A stretch of DNA of 64,000 nt from an uncultured Verrucomicrobiae bacterium (GCA_963764165.1 CAVXRD010000003.1:576001-640000); one strand, 5' to 3'; positions 21,601-30,997 are shown, counted from the stretch's first letter. Numbers and translations are program-made. Notes: generated by a model not told the origin, from the letters alone.

Positions 21601-24600
21601 CAAATTCCCGCCGCGCCGGTTGCCATTGACGTAGACAGCCACATAACGGCGATAGCCCCAAGGCGCGCCGACTGCGCGCACGAACGACCATGTCGTCTGC
21701 TCGCGTTGCAGCGTCAAATCGTCTCCGGGGGAATTGCCGGGCTGGTGAATTTTGTTGAAGGACGTTAACCCGAGAAATTTGTCGTCATCGGGAAAATCCA
21801 AATCGTAGGCGCACAAATTTCCGATTGGCGAATCAAACTCCTGATGGAATGGGCTGCCGGAATAATGCCCCGAGCCATTGTAAATAATTCGATTGTTGCC
21901 ATAGACGAAGGTGAAATCGTTGCCCTCATTGCTGAGATCGCCGAGGTTGGCCCACCGCGTCACGTTTGTTTGCGTAAGCCACAAGTGATAAACGCCGAAA
22001 CTGCCACCCGGATTCCCATCGCCGAACATGACCACGCATTCGCGAACGGGCGAGTTGTCCGTGAGCAGGGCCGGAAATCGTGTTGACGCTCCTTGATTGT
22101 CGGTGGCGACGGCGTAGAATCCTACAATTGTCCCGGCGCCCTGTCCGGGTATCGTCGCGCTGTAAACACCATCGTGGGCGATCACATCGCCGCCGGTTCC
22201 ATTGTCATTCATGGCCACGCTCGAATAACTGGCGCTCGGATCAATGCGGTAATACAGGATCACGCTGCGGATCCCGTCGGGGTCGTTCACGTTCATCGTG
22301 ACGACGATATTGGAATTCGCCGCGGGCACCGCCGGGCTGTGACTCACCAGATACATCGCCGGGCCGGCGTTGGTGATGTATTTGCTATTGGGAGCGCCTG
22401 GAGTTCCAAGATTGCGTGGCACCGGCAAAACCGCTGGAGCATCAAGCCAGTTCCCGTTGAGGCGAAAATCCGGTTCCGGTTCTCCATGAATCCATCGGGC
22501 CATGTAACTCAGCGTTACGATGTCGCCTGCCGCCATTTTGTTGGCCGTCAGGGTGACTTCGCAGGAATTCTCCGCGGGCCAGAATTTATCCGAGTCGCGA
22601 ATATGCAAGCAGTAATTGTTAGTGTAACCGGGGCTCTCGACACTCGAACGGACGTGGCTTCCCTGGAAAGACCAATTGGCCGTGCCGCTGTTGAAATTCG
22701 AATTCGGCACATAGTTGGTTCCATTCCAAATGACCTGGACGTTGTCAACCAAACATTCGCCCGCATCCAGAATGCCAATTTGCGCATGGGCGATGGAGGA
22801 TTCGTAATTTGCGCCGTTGTCCAGCACGCCTGTGTTCTGCACAAGCACCCATGAGGACTTTTGCGATTCGTCGCTGTCCGCCCAATTGGCGGCCAGGCGA
22901 TGGTTGCTGTGCGGGTCAATTAACTCCAGGCTGCTGCCGCCCCCGCCCGACCATTCTCCCCAGCGCCCGCCGGTACCATAAGTGACTTCGTCTTCAACGA
23001 CCATGATTGTGTTCGTGCCATTCAACGGCATGGGCATGGCCAGCGCGACGCGCTCGCCGCTGTGCGACAATTTTCCGGAATAATCGCCGTAAGTGTTGGC
23101 GGCATTCAGATTCGGATAATTCGAGAAAAGCTCGGTCGCATTTTCCGCCACCACAACATAACTGTTTGGCCCGATGCTGGCGTTCGTCGGAAAAGTGAAT
23201 GTCACGCCGGCGGTAAATTGCCAGCCAGCGAGGCTCACCGTGTTCGTGCCTTGATTGTAAAGCTCGATGTACTGGTCGGCATCGTTCCCGCTGATGGGGT
23301 CATACATCAATTCGTTGATGACGATATTGCCAATCTCTATGGCGCTGTTGTTTGTCCCGGCTGTCAACGATTGCAGCGGATAAAAATCATTCGCCCCATC
23401 CGGCCAGCGCCCTAGCGAAACGCCATTTGCCTGCGCTTCATACTGCACTGCGTCAAGCACGCGGCTGCCGTCCGGTTTGATGAAATAAATGGTATCTCCG
23501 GCTGGGTTCAGCGTGAATCCATCTGACGCGGGGAACGAAACAAATCCCGCCGGGCCAATCGTTGTTCCCGCAGGAATCACAAATTGGTTCACCGCCGTAT
23601 TGTCCGTCAGAATGCATCCGGAAACATCAACTGTTTGCTTGCTGTGATTGTAAAGCTCGACGAACGGCGGCAGGGCGGGATTTTCGGAGTGCGCCAGAAT
23701 TTCGTTAATGACCACATTGCGCAGCGGGCTCGGATGGAACGACTCCATCTGTCCCGGCGTGCCATTGGTGGCGTCGCTGATCGACCACGCGCGCGGATCC
23801 CCTTCCCCGTAGCTTGGGTTGGCCAGAATCATTGAGTGGCCGGATCCCGACGCCGCAAATGGCCAGGGTGGAGCGCCCGTGAAAGGAACTGTCAAGAGAA
23901 TAGATCCATGCTCGTCGATCAATTGCAGCGTCTCGGAATGTTTCAAGCTGCCGGTGTAAGGCCCAATGACATTCGTAATGCCGTAAACGCTTTGAATACT
24001 CGACGGAGAAGCCGCCACCACCAAAAACCCGCCACCCGGAATGATGGTGTTCGGCGGAATCGTGTAATTCATATCCGCGCAGGTCAGTTTATAATTGCTG
24101 ATGTCGTGAAACCACGGATTCGAATTGAACAGTTCGATGTATTCAACGTTGTTTCCGTCGGTGCGCGGGGCCGGCTTCCACATGATCTCCGAAATCACGA
24201 TCGGCGTTGTGCGGCTGCACGCGGCGAGCGGCTCGTATGGGTACGTCTGCGTTCCGACGATTGAATTCGCGGGCGTGTTGCTGATCTGCGTGAATTGGGC
24301 GGTGACCGTTTGATTCGTCGTATCGCTGTCCACCGAAAAACCGAGGTAAACCTGGTTCGACATGGCAATCGTTTCACTGGCCAGCAGCGTCCACGTTTGC
24401 CCGTCGTAACTCGCGAATCCGCTGAACAAATTCCCCACACGATTCAAGCGCAGCCATGTATTTGGGTAATTGTCCGGAAAACTTCCGCCCGATTGGCTGG
24501 CGCTGCCCGCCGGATCGCGCCACTCGAAGAAACAGCCGTTGATGGCCGGCGTGGACAGCGCGGCGGCAAATCTCCCGCCGGAAGTCAGCGTCTCCCGTGC

Positions 24601-27054
24601 CATCAATCCAGCCTTGGCCCAAGTGTCCGACAAGCTCAGTCCCGCCACGCGCACCGCAATGTCAAAATTTCCGGTGGCAGCCTTGTAGGAAAATTGAAAT
24701 TGATCCGCGCTCCCGCCGATGGCCGTTCCGCCGCCCGTTATTGTGATCCCGTTGCTGACCACAGACTGAGATCCCTGAAACGCTGGCCCCCCAATCGGGA
24801 TCGGCGCGTAAACGCTGGCGGTGAAAGTGACCTGCGAATTGGGCGCAATCACATTGGCGTGCGACGTCTGGTCGGAAACATTGTTGACTGTTAGAACGTA
24901 ATTGCTTTGATCGATCATCGTCCCCACGCTCAGCACGACGTTGCTTTGCGAAGCATCCTGCGCCGCCGCGGAAATCGACAGGTTGCCACCGGGCCCGGAA
25001 ATGGAATAGTTGGCGAGATTGGTCGCGGTGTCGGCGGTGAGGCGTTTTGAAAAATAAACTTCCACCTGGTTCAAGCCGAGCGTTTGCGCCCCCAACAACA
25101 CTGGAGGATTTGTGTCCGCAATCACGGTCAAAACCGCGACAACGCTCGTGGCGGTGTAAGTCGTGTTGCTGACCACGTTGGAACCGATGGCCCAAAATTG
25201 CGCGCCGTTGTCGGCAAAAGGAACGGCTGCGATGGAATAACTCGAATTCGTCGCTCCAGGAATGGCCGCGCCATTCATGAACCATTGCAACGTCGGATAC
25301 GGATTTCCCAGGCCCTCGACGTTGAAAGTAACCGGATTCAACTCCAGCACGGTCTGGCTGGCGGGTTCGTTCGTCAGGAAGAAGACCGGTTGCGGCGGCG
25401 CGATCATACCGCTAATAGCGTAAATCGCGGTGGCGGCGGCGGAGGTGGCCTGGCTGAAGGAAATGCTCGCCAGCGGCTTGTTGCTCGCGCCAAGCGCGGA
25501 CGCGAGGTTAATAGTCGTCTGGTAAAATCTCGGATTAGTCGGCCCCCCTTCCGCCGTGCCGCTGGAAATCGCAATTCGATCCGTTCCAGCCAGCGCGTAA
25601 GGCGTGTTGTTAAACCAGTCGGGCGCGCCGTAACTGGCTTGATAGGTCGTGCCGTCGGTAAAAGTGAAGACCGCCGTCCCCGCGCTGCCCGCTGTCGCAT
25701 TGGCGGAGTTGGCGAGAATGCCGATCGACTGGTAAACCTGAGGCGAGGCAAGAGTAAGCGCGCCCGTCAAAATTCCAGTATCTGAACTGAGAAGAAGCGC
25801 GTTATTTCCCGTATATGGCTGGAATTGAAACTGCGTTCCATCAACTGCGCTGAGAAATGATCCCGATTGCGGCAGCCCGTAGGTCGTCCCGGGCAGGCCG
25901 GATTGATAAAAGCACTTTCCTTCCCCGGGATTCAACTCCGCGGCGTAAGCCGTATAGGGCGGCCCGCTGGCGGTGTTTTCAATGACCAAATCCGCATTAT
26001 AACCGGTCGCCGCCACCGGCGTCATAACGGGCGTCACCGTCAATGTAACGACACTGCTGGTGACGCTGTGAACGGCATTGCTGACGAAATTGGACGCCGT
26101 CAGATAAAAGCTGGCGCCGTTGTTGGAATAGCCAACGGAATTCAGCGTCAGCGTGTAGTTTGTGGCCCCAGCCAACGCCGATCCGTTCTGAAACCATTGC
26201 AGCGCCGGATAGGGGTTGCCTGTGACGGTTGCGGAAAAAGTCACAGAGTTAAACTCGGTCACCGTTTCGTTCGCCGGCTGTTGGATGATGGCGGCCGGCG
26301 ATTGATTGAGCAATTCTCCGCTCACGGCATAAATAGCCGTCGAGCCCGCCACACCATTTTGACTTCCCGCCGCCTTGGAGAACGACAGGCTCGCCAGGGC
26401 TTTATTGGCATTTCCCAAGATGGCCTGCAGATTGATGGTGGTTTCGTAAAATCGCGGATTGTTCCCACCGGTTGTGGCCGCGCCGGTGGAGAGATTCACG
26501 CGGTCAACGCCGCCAAGAGCGACGTTGTAGGTATTATTAAACCAATCCGGCGCATAATAATTCGTCACAAACGTGCTGCCATCGGCGAACGTGCACAGCA
26601 CTTGACCAGCCCCAGTGCTGTTGCCGTTCGCCGAGTTGGCGATGACGGCTATCCGGTTGTAAACGGTTGGATTGGCAAGAGTCAACGTGGCAGTGGTGGC
26701 CCCCGTATCCGAACTCAGAACCAGCGCGTTGTTGGCCGTGTAAGGCTGGAATTGAAACGTGGTGCCGTCGCCCGTCGCGCTGACAAACGAGCCGGTGGCT
26801 GGAAGCCCGTCATTGTATCCAGACAATCCGTGCTGATAAAACGCCGTCCCCTCGTTCGGGTTGAACTCGAGCGCATAACTCGTATACGGCGGCCCAACAG
26901 CCGTATTCTCGATGACAATGTCCCGATTCCATCCTGAGAGAATGATCGGCGTCATGTTGCTGGCCTTGGAATTCAAAGCCAAAGCCAGTTGGAGGGCGAG
27001 GAGGAAAACAAAGACCGCAAAGGGTCCGCGACGGAGTCGGATATTATCGTGCAT
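18628..27054 (-). CDS. Giant secreted multidomain protein: duplicated N-terminal module with Ig-like domains, several lamin-tail domains, CotH-kinase-like domain
   Basis: ~2800 aa with signal peptide; repeated I(S/N)EI...EYIELYN...L.GW lamin-tail motifs; CotH-like LQRE...YVAVYVNG...GNIDS...NMY...PWDLN; C-terminal RFYRL. Confidence 0.85.
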   Translation of the reverse strand: MHDNIRLRRGPFAVFVFLLALQLALALNSKASNMTPIILSGWNRDIVIENTAVGPPYTSYALEFNPNEGTAFYQHGLSGYNDGLPATGSFVSATGDGTTFQFQPYTANNALVLSSDTGATTATLTLANPTVYNRIAVIANSANGNSTGAGQVLCTFADGSTFVTNYYAPDWFNNTYNVALGGVDRVNLSTGAATTGGNNPRFYETTINLQAILGNANKALASLSFSKAAGSQNGVAGSTAIYAVSGELLNQSPAAIIQQPANETVTEFNSVTFSATVTGNPYPALQWFQNGSALAGATNYTLTLNSVGYSNNGASFYLTASNFVSNAVHSVTSSVVTLTVTPVMTPVAATGYNADLVIENTASGPPYTAYAAELNPGEGKCFYQSGLPGTTYGLPQSGSFLSAVDGTQFQFQPYTGNNALLLSSDTGILTGALTLASPQVYQSIGILANSANATAGSAGTAVFTFTDGTTYQASYGAPDWFNNTPYALAGTDRIAISSGTAEGGPTNPRFYQTTINLASALGASNKPLASISFSQATSAAATAIYAISGMIAPPQPVFFLTNEPASQTVLELNPVTFNVEGLGNPYPTLQWFMNGAAIPGATNSSYSIAAVPFADNGAQFWAIGSNVVSNTTYTATSVVAVLTVIADTNPPVLLGAQTLGLNQVEVYFSKRLTADTATNLANYSISGPGGNLSISAAAQDASQSNVVLSVGTMIDQSNYVLTVNNVSDQTSHANVIAPNSQVTFTASVYAPIPIGGPAFQGSQSVVSNGITITGGGTAIGGSADQFQFSYKAATGNFDIAVRVAGLSLSDTWAKAGLMARETLTSGGRFAAALSTPAINGCFFEWRDPAGSASQSGGSFPDNYPNTWLRLNRVGNLFSGFASYDGQTWTLLASETIAMSNQVYLGFSVDSDTTNQTVTAQFTQISNTPANSIVGTQTYPYEPLAACSRTTPIVISEIMWKPAPRTDGNNVEYIELFNSNPWFHDISNYKLTCADMNYTIPPNTIIPGGGFLVVAASPSSIQSVYGITNVIGPYTGSLKHSETLQLIDEHGSILLTVPFTGAPPWPFAASGSGHSMILANPSYGEGDPRAWSISDATNGTPGQMESFHPSPLRNVVINEILAHSENPALPPFVELYNHSKQTVDVSGCILTDNTAVNQFVIPAGTTIGPAGFVSFPASDGFTLNPAGDTIYFIKPDGSRVLDAVQYEAQANGVSLGRWPDGANDFYPLQSLTAGTNNSAIEIGNIVINELMYDPISGNDADQYIELYNQGTNTVSLAGWQFTAGVTFTFPTNASIGPNSYVVVAENATELFSNYPNLNAANTYGDYSGKLSHSGERVALAMPMPLNGTNTIMVVEDEVTYGTGGRWGEWSGGGGSSLELIDPHSNHRLAANWADSDESQKSSWVLVQNTGVLDNGANYESSIAHAQIGILDAGECLVDNVQVIWNGTNYVPNSNFNSGTANWSFQGSHVRSSVESPGYTNNYCLHIRDSDKFWPAENSCEVTLTANKMAAGDIVTLSYMARWIHGEPEPDFRLNGNWLDAPAVLPVPRNLGTPGAPNSKYITNAGPAMYLVSHSPAVPAANSNIVVTMNVNDPDGIRSVILYYRIDPSASYSSVAMNDNGTGGDVIAHDGVYSATIPGQGAGTIVGFYAVATDNQGASTRFPALLTDNSPVRECVVMFGDGNPGGSFGVYHLWLTQTNVTRWANLGDLSNEGNDFTFVYGNNRIIYNGSGHYSGSPFHQEFDSPIGNLCAYDLDFPDDDKFLGLTSFNKIHQPGNSPGDDLTLQREQTTWSFVRAVGAPWGYRRYVAVYVNGNRRGGNLMEDAQVPDSDMVKQYFPNDTGGFLYKMQPWFEFAPNLSGYSIGTTAEAYCYLLPFTTTGGVKKPARYRFNYEIRRTPDTFNDFTNVFSLVDAANSSASPNYVQNMENIANMQEWMSVFAANHAAGNIDSFGTEISQNMYGYIGAAGTKYTLMPWDLNIDLGGPESIGPGANLLQYDSNDPNMGQIYNTPAFLRMYWRAQQTLVNGAMNLSLYTGALIHAKYNAFVANGLSVEDPDSAMIPWIAAAQASISQQLNAVNATNFAVNPNVTISNNVAYVTGTAPVSVDTVWINGEAWPITWTTLTNFSVAVPLRAGTNQLNVVGMATNLVAIAGYSSNLAVVYSGTVPSPVGRVVIDEIMFDPISPDAAFVKLYNNSTNTTFDLSGWQIPALSYTFSNGASIAPGGILMLGSSQTAYAAAYGVTNTLFDVFTGTLQPSQLLALTEPSGSSNTVVAEVQFDSVLPWATNDSGTGYSLQLIDAHQDNWRVGNWAAAAANPGQTNAVAEALPTFQPLWINEVEPQNLTGITNSAGQRGPWIEIYNPSATNVSLGGLYLSDNYTNFGQSPILTNAVIRAGQFLVVFADGQTNLSTTNELHANFTLPASTGSVGLSRYTNGQYQVLDYINYNNLLPNYSYGSVPDGQSFVREVFAAPTPGGTNNASSASGASFVPYVAAGSVYSQNFDSLPDPGSKSVDSANPVTIDGVAYSLPNPYDFAAPVSASGFTGGLGLAGMAGWYGLADPTSSVGVRFGATDGDQTTGGQISFGPENASNRALGLLATSTTGYTAFGLRLINGTGETLNYINLQFTAEVWRQSNLAKTLQFYYLIDNTATNKFTTSATAYISALNVNFPIVAGDAGGAAVDGTATNNQAILSVTNQAIYAWPSDAALWLVWEMSSPAGKSQGLAIDNLTFSATPTANLTAVPMTAQAAGTNVVLSWQGLTGQSYQVQYKTNLTDTYWIPLTSPVDGTGASLSLTNNLGGAPQRFYRLAILPP

Positions 27055-27421
27055 AAAGACGCAGGAGTGGCTCAAAAACCGTCTCCTTGTGCAGGGTGCA
27101 GAATATCCAAACCGGAACCGCGTTGCCAGTGTTTTTTACAAAAATGTCACTTGACGAAATCCGAATAGTTGCCCACTTCAGCCGACGAGTGATTTCAACC
27201 AGGGCCGAAGTCGATCACTACACTAGGCTAAAAGACCTGCGGCCGAAGATTCCGTTCAACAGCGGCCCACAAATGCGTTATTACATTGGCCCGGCGCTTT
27301 TCCGGTTTTTCAGCGGCGCCAGAGGCATGGCATCAGTGCAGAAACGGCCAAATAAATCCACGGGTAGGGCAGCGGGAACACTTTGACTTTCAACCCCAAA
27401 CGGCGCAGAATAAAATTCAGC

Positions 27422-27703
27422 GTGAGCACCGAGACAAACATTTTAATTCAACGCGCAGCCGCCGAACTCAAAACCGCTGGCGCGCGGGAAGTTTATGTTT
27501 TCGGCTCCGCTGCCAAAGGAACAGGTGATGCCGATTCCGATCTCGACCTGGCGGTTTCCGGCCTGCCCCCGTCGGTGTTTTATCGCATGGGCGCGCGGGT
27601 CAGCGATTTGATCGGCCGTTCGGTTGATCTGATTGACTTGGACAGCAACACGCCGTTCACTCGCTACCTGCGCACGGAGAATGAACTCGTCCGAGTGGGA
27701 TAA
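27422..27703 (+). CDS. Minimal nucleotidyltransferase (MNT) antitoxin
   Basis: VYVFGSAAKG...DSDLDLAV...VDLIDL (GSx10DxD); promoter TTGACT-17-CAGAAT at 27383-27411. Confidence 0.88.
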   Translation: MSTETNILIQRAAAELKTAGAREVYVFGSAAKGTGDADSDLDLAVSGLPPSVFYRMGARVSDLIGRSVDLIDLDSNTPFTRYLRTENELVRVG

Positions 27704-28139
27704 ATTCCGCAAGCAACAAACCACAGAACGCGAACAATTGAAGCGATTGCTGTGCAGCATTCAAGGACTTCTCGCCAAATGCCGCAGCACGGACCCGACT
27801 GAAATTGAATTGTCCGCGCTCGCAGCCTCGCTCCATTCTTTCTACACTGGCGTGGAAAATATATTTAAGCGCGTGGCGGTCGAGCTGGACGGCGAGCCGG
27901 TGCGCGGCGATTCCTGGCACCGCGAACTCTTGCTGCGAATGAAATCACCGGCGGCTCGCCGCCCGGCGCTGCTCTCGGAAGAACTTCACGACTCATTGAA
28001 TGAATACCTGCGTTTCCGCCATGTCTTCCGCAACGCCTATTCTTTTGACTTGGACTGGCAGAAAATGTCCCCGCTGGTGTTGCGCCTGGAAGAGACATTC
28101 AAACTTCTGGAAAAAGCTTTGGATGATTTTATAAAATGA
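27681..28139 (+). CDS. HEPN-domain (HepT-like) ribonuclease toxin
   Basis: LHSFYTGVENIF, SWHRELL, FRHVFRNAY; overlaps the MNT gene. Confidence 0.85.
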   Translation: MNSSEWDKFRKQQTTEREQLKRLLCSIQGLLAKCRSTDPTEIELSALAASLHSFYTGVENIFKRVAVELDGEPVRGDSWHRELLLRMKSPAARRPALLSEELHDSLNEYLRFRHVFRNAYSFDLDWQKMSPLVLRLEETFKLLEKALDDFIK

Positions 28140-28171
28140 GCGCATGACACGCTCTCACGTCAACACAGGCC

Positions 28172-28249
28172 GGGGTCAGATCAACACATTACACACATCA
28201 TGGCGAGGAAATTGGGAGAGACAAATATGTCATTATGTTGGTCTGACCC
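28172..28249. mobile_element. MITE-like remnant, possibly of a REP-associated Y1 transposase
   Basis: Imperfect inverted repeats GGGTCAGATCAACACATTACA / TGTCATTATGTTGGTCTGACCC around a short frame reading MARKL...MSLCWSDP. Confidence 0.45.
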
Positions 28250-28517
28250 GTCCTCATTCGTGACCCCTCCTCATTCGTTGCTTCCGGCACAAAACGAATT
28301 ACGCTCGCAAGATGCCTTGACGCCAAACCATACGAAATCGGAGTTGCCAGGGCGGCGTCATCGCTTTTGATCCTGCTTTCGAGCGAACATCGCAGCAAAG
28401 AACCACTCCCCGTTTTTAACGCGCGGGTCAGGGACCGGGCTGACAACTTCGTGTTTCAGCGCCTTCCGCAGCGGCTTCCCGGAGAGCTTGACGGCGGCGC
28501 CGCGCTCGGTTGACTCT

Positions 28518-28617
28518 GGCATCCCGCCGGGATGCGGGGAGATTTTTGGGAAATGTTTCCGGTGGTGTCGCTTCGCTCAACGACCGGCTACTCTCTTGCA
28601 TCCCGGCCGGGATGCCC
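28518..28617. repeat. REP-like palindrome cluster
   Basis: GGCATCCCGCCGGGATGC ... CCGGTGGTGTCGCTTCGCTCAACGACCGG ... GCATCCCGGCCGGGATGCC: two related hairpins flanking a central hairpin. Confidence 0.7.
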
Positions 28618-29095
28618 GTTTACGGGACGAAATGTCGCAGTAAATGTTGGATTCCTCGCTGTTTTGAGCGGAACAGCCGCGCAATCTTGCTCGGACGGGC
28701 GCGCCCCCCGTCCGCCTGCAACACTCCTGCCCCGCGCCCCGTCGTTTTTTTGCCTTCGGTCCGGCCTGAACAATTGATGTCTCGTTTGTCATGCCTCCAT
28801 AATTCCACCAAAGCGTGTAATTGCAATGTTAATTGACAAGAAGGGCCTTTCGGCCTTATGTTTCTCCATGCAGCCGCCAGGGCGTGTTCTTTGATATTTT
28901 GGGATTCCGGCACCAGGGGGCGGTCGTTCTTCAGCGACAGTCGGGCACGGGGGCCAAATAAGTCGTGCTCGGGCGTTGCACGCTATTACACCCTATTGCA
29001 CCCTTGGTTTTCGCGACACCGATGTTGCCGATTTTCGAGATTATATGACTTGCGGCGGTCGGCTCCCGACGGGACAACAACCCTCTTTGAAGAAA

Positions 29096-29176
29096 TGTAG
29101 CGGGTTTGTAGCGGCTCTGCAGCCCCAATGTAGCGGTTTATCTGGTTGATAATCAACGATGTAGCGGGTGTAGCGG
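29096..29176 (+). repeat. Five direct TGTAGCGG repeats around a GTTGATAATCAAC palindrome
   Basis: Copies at 29096, 29107, 29129, 29160 and 29169; palindrome at 29145-29157. Confidence 0.8.
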
Positions 29177-29257
29177 GTTTTTCGAGATTATATGCTCATT
29201 CATATTCTTGATATAATCCGGAACTCAAAAACTCACGACAAAAGGCCGGAGTTGGCA

Positions 29258-29380
29258 GGGGAAGCCGCAGATGGACGCAGATTGGCGCAGACAAAAATTA
29301 TTGCAGCACACCAAAGGGTCAAGGCGGACGAAACTTGCGGGCGCTTTTCGAAATCTGCGTTGATCTGCGGGCATCTGGGG
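29258..29380. repeat. Second CAGAT-triplet inverted-repeat element
   Basis: GGGGAAGCCGCAGATGGACGCAGATTGGCGCAGAC ... ATCTGCGTTGATCTGCGGGCATCTGGGG; same architecture as 16674-16821. Confidence 0.7.
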
Positions 29381-29530
29381 CCAATTGAGTTCCAGGTTCA
29401 AATTTTTCGTAATATCTCTTCAATAATCGTGCCTGAAAATCTCCGGTCGGTTTTTTGTTTTCCCGGCCATGCGCCAAAGTGTGAGCATCACTTGCCATTC
29501 GCCCGCGCTTCCTGTTCACTTGCCATTGAC

Positions 29531-30730
29531 ATGAAACAGGAATTTGACTCGATTGAATCCGTCATCGCCGATCTCCGCAAGGGGCGCATGGTGGTTGTCG
29601 TCGATGATCCGGGGCGCGAAAACGAGGGCGATCTTATCATGGCTGCCGAATGCGTCACGCCGCAGGACATCAATTTCATGGCCAAGCATGGCCGGGGCTT
29701 GATCTGCGTGCCGACGACGTTCGAGCGCTTGAAGCAATTGGGCATCGAGCAAATGGTGGCGCAAAACACGGAGAATTACCGCACCGATTTCCAGGTGAGC
29801 GTCGACGCCGCCAAGGGCGTCACCACCGGCATCAGCGCGGCCGATCGCGCCCGAACGATTACGATCATGGCGAATCCGACCGCTGTGCCCGAGGATCTCG
29901 TCCAGCCCGGCCACGTCTTCCCGCTGCGCGCCAAGCCCGGCGGCGTTTTGCAGCGGGCGGGTCACACGGAAGCGGCAGTCGATCTGGCCAGGATGGCTGG
30001 CTGCCGCCCCGCCGGAATCCTGTGCGAGATCATGAGCGACGATGGCTCGATGGCGCGTTTGCCGGAGTTGAAACGGTTCGCGCGCAAGCACAAATTGAAG
30101 CTCTGCACCATCGCCGATCTCATCCTTTACCGGCGCACGCGCGAAAAGCTGGTGCAGCGAGTCGAGACGGTTCGGCTGCCGACGGCTTATGGCGATTTCG
30201 ATCTTTACCTTTATCGCTCGAATGTTGATGGCCAGCATCATCTGGCCTTGGTGCGCGGGGCCGTTGCCGGAAAGAAGAATGTTCTCGTCCGCGTTCACAG
30301 CGAGTGCCTGACGGGCGATGTCTTCGGCTCCTATCGCTGCGATTGCGGGCCGCAATTGCACGAGGCCATGCGCCAAATCGCCGAAGCCGGCCAGGGCGTG
30401 ATCGTGTATATGCGACAGGAAGGCCGCGGCATCGGGCTGCCGTCGAAAATCAAAGCGTATAAGCTGCAGGAATCCGGCATGGACACCGTCGAGGCGAATC
30501 TGAAACTTGGCTACGGCATGGATCTGCGCGAATACGGCATTGGCGCGCAAATCATGGTGGATTTGGGCCTCAAGACGATCTCGCTATTGACGAACAATCC
30601 GCGCAAGGTGGTCGGATTGGAAGGGTACGGATTGGAGATTGTGAAGCAATTGCCCATCCGCATCCGCCCAAATCAGCACAATGAGAAGTATCTTAAAACA
30701 AAGCGCGAGAAAATGGGGCATTTGTTGTGA
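29531..30730 (+). CDS. ribBA: Bifunctional DHBP synthase / GTP cyclohydrolase II
   Basis: DDPGRENEGD, RAGHTEA, VRVHSECLTGD, RCDCG, QEGRGIG, LLTNNP. Confidence 0.98.
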   Translation: MKQEFDSIESVIADLRKGRMVVVVDDPGRENEGDLIMAAECVTPQDINFMAKHGRGLICVPTTFERLKQLGIEQMVAQNTENYRTDFQVSVDAAKGVTTGISAADRARTITIMANPTAVPEDLVQPGHVFPLRAKPGGVLQRAGHTEAAVDLARMAGCRPAGILCEIMSDDGSMARLPELKRFARKHKLKLCTIADLILYRRTREKLVQRVETVRLPTAYGDFDLYLYRSNVDGQHHLALVRGAVAGKKNVLVRVHSECLTGDVFGSYRCDCGPQLHEAMRQIAEAGQGVIVYMRQEGRGIGLPSKIKAYKLQESGMDTVEANLKLGYGMDLREYGIGAQIMVDLGLKTISLLTNNPRKVVGLEGYGLEIVKQLPIRIRPNQHNEKYLKTKREKMGHLL

Positions 30731-30753
30731 GCGCCCGTTCACCAGGCAATCTT

Positions 30754-30997
30754 GGCAGGGCGAGGCTCCTGCCGAGACATCTTCAACAGCGCGGCTCGGC
30801 AGGAAGCCCCAGCCAACGAATTGGTGAGAAGCTCCGACGAACACATTTCGCCTTTGGTGGTAGGGACGCCTCGCCGAGGCGTCCGGTTGCGCGTGAAAGT
30901 TTTTGTGGGCCGCACCGTTCAACAACGCCTCACCCCGGACGCCTCGGCGAGGCGTCCCTACCATCACAAGGCAGTTCGTTGGCAGCCTCGCCCTGCC
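30754..30997. repeat. Nested REP doublets between ribBA and ribH
   Basis: Outer pair GGCAGGGCGAGGCT / AGCCTCGCCCTGCC; inner perfect pair GGTAGGGACGCCTCGCCGAGGCGTCC (30859-30884) / GGACGCCTCGGCGAGGCGTCCCTACC (30937-30962). Confidence 0.85.

Noticed and set aside
27150..27290. Possible riboswitch upstream of the giant CotH gene
   Set aside because: Only short stems (AGCC/GGCT, AGTGAT/ATCACT) and no recognisable aptamer consensus.
29096..29180. CRISPR array
   Set aside because: Repeats are 8 bp with irregular short spacing; no repeat-spacer periodicity and no cas genes seen anywhere in the window.
29192..29530. N-terminal extension of RibBA in the ORF track
   Set aside because: Runs through an inverted-repeat element; homology starts at MKQEFDSIE (29531).
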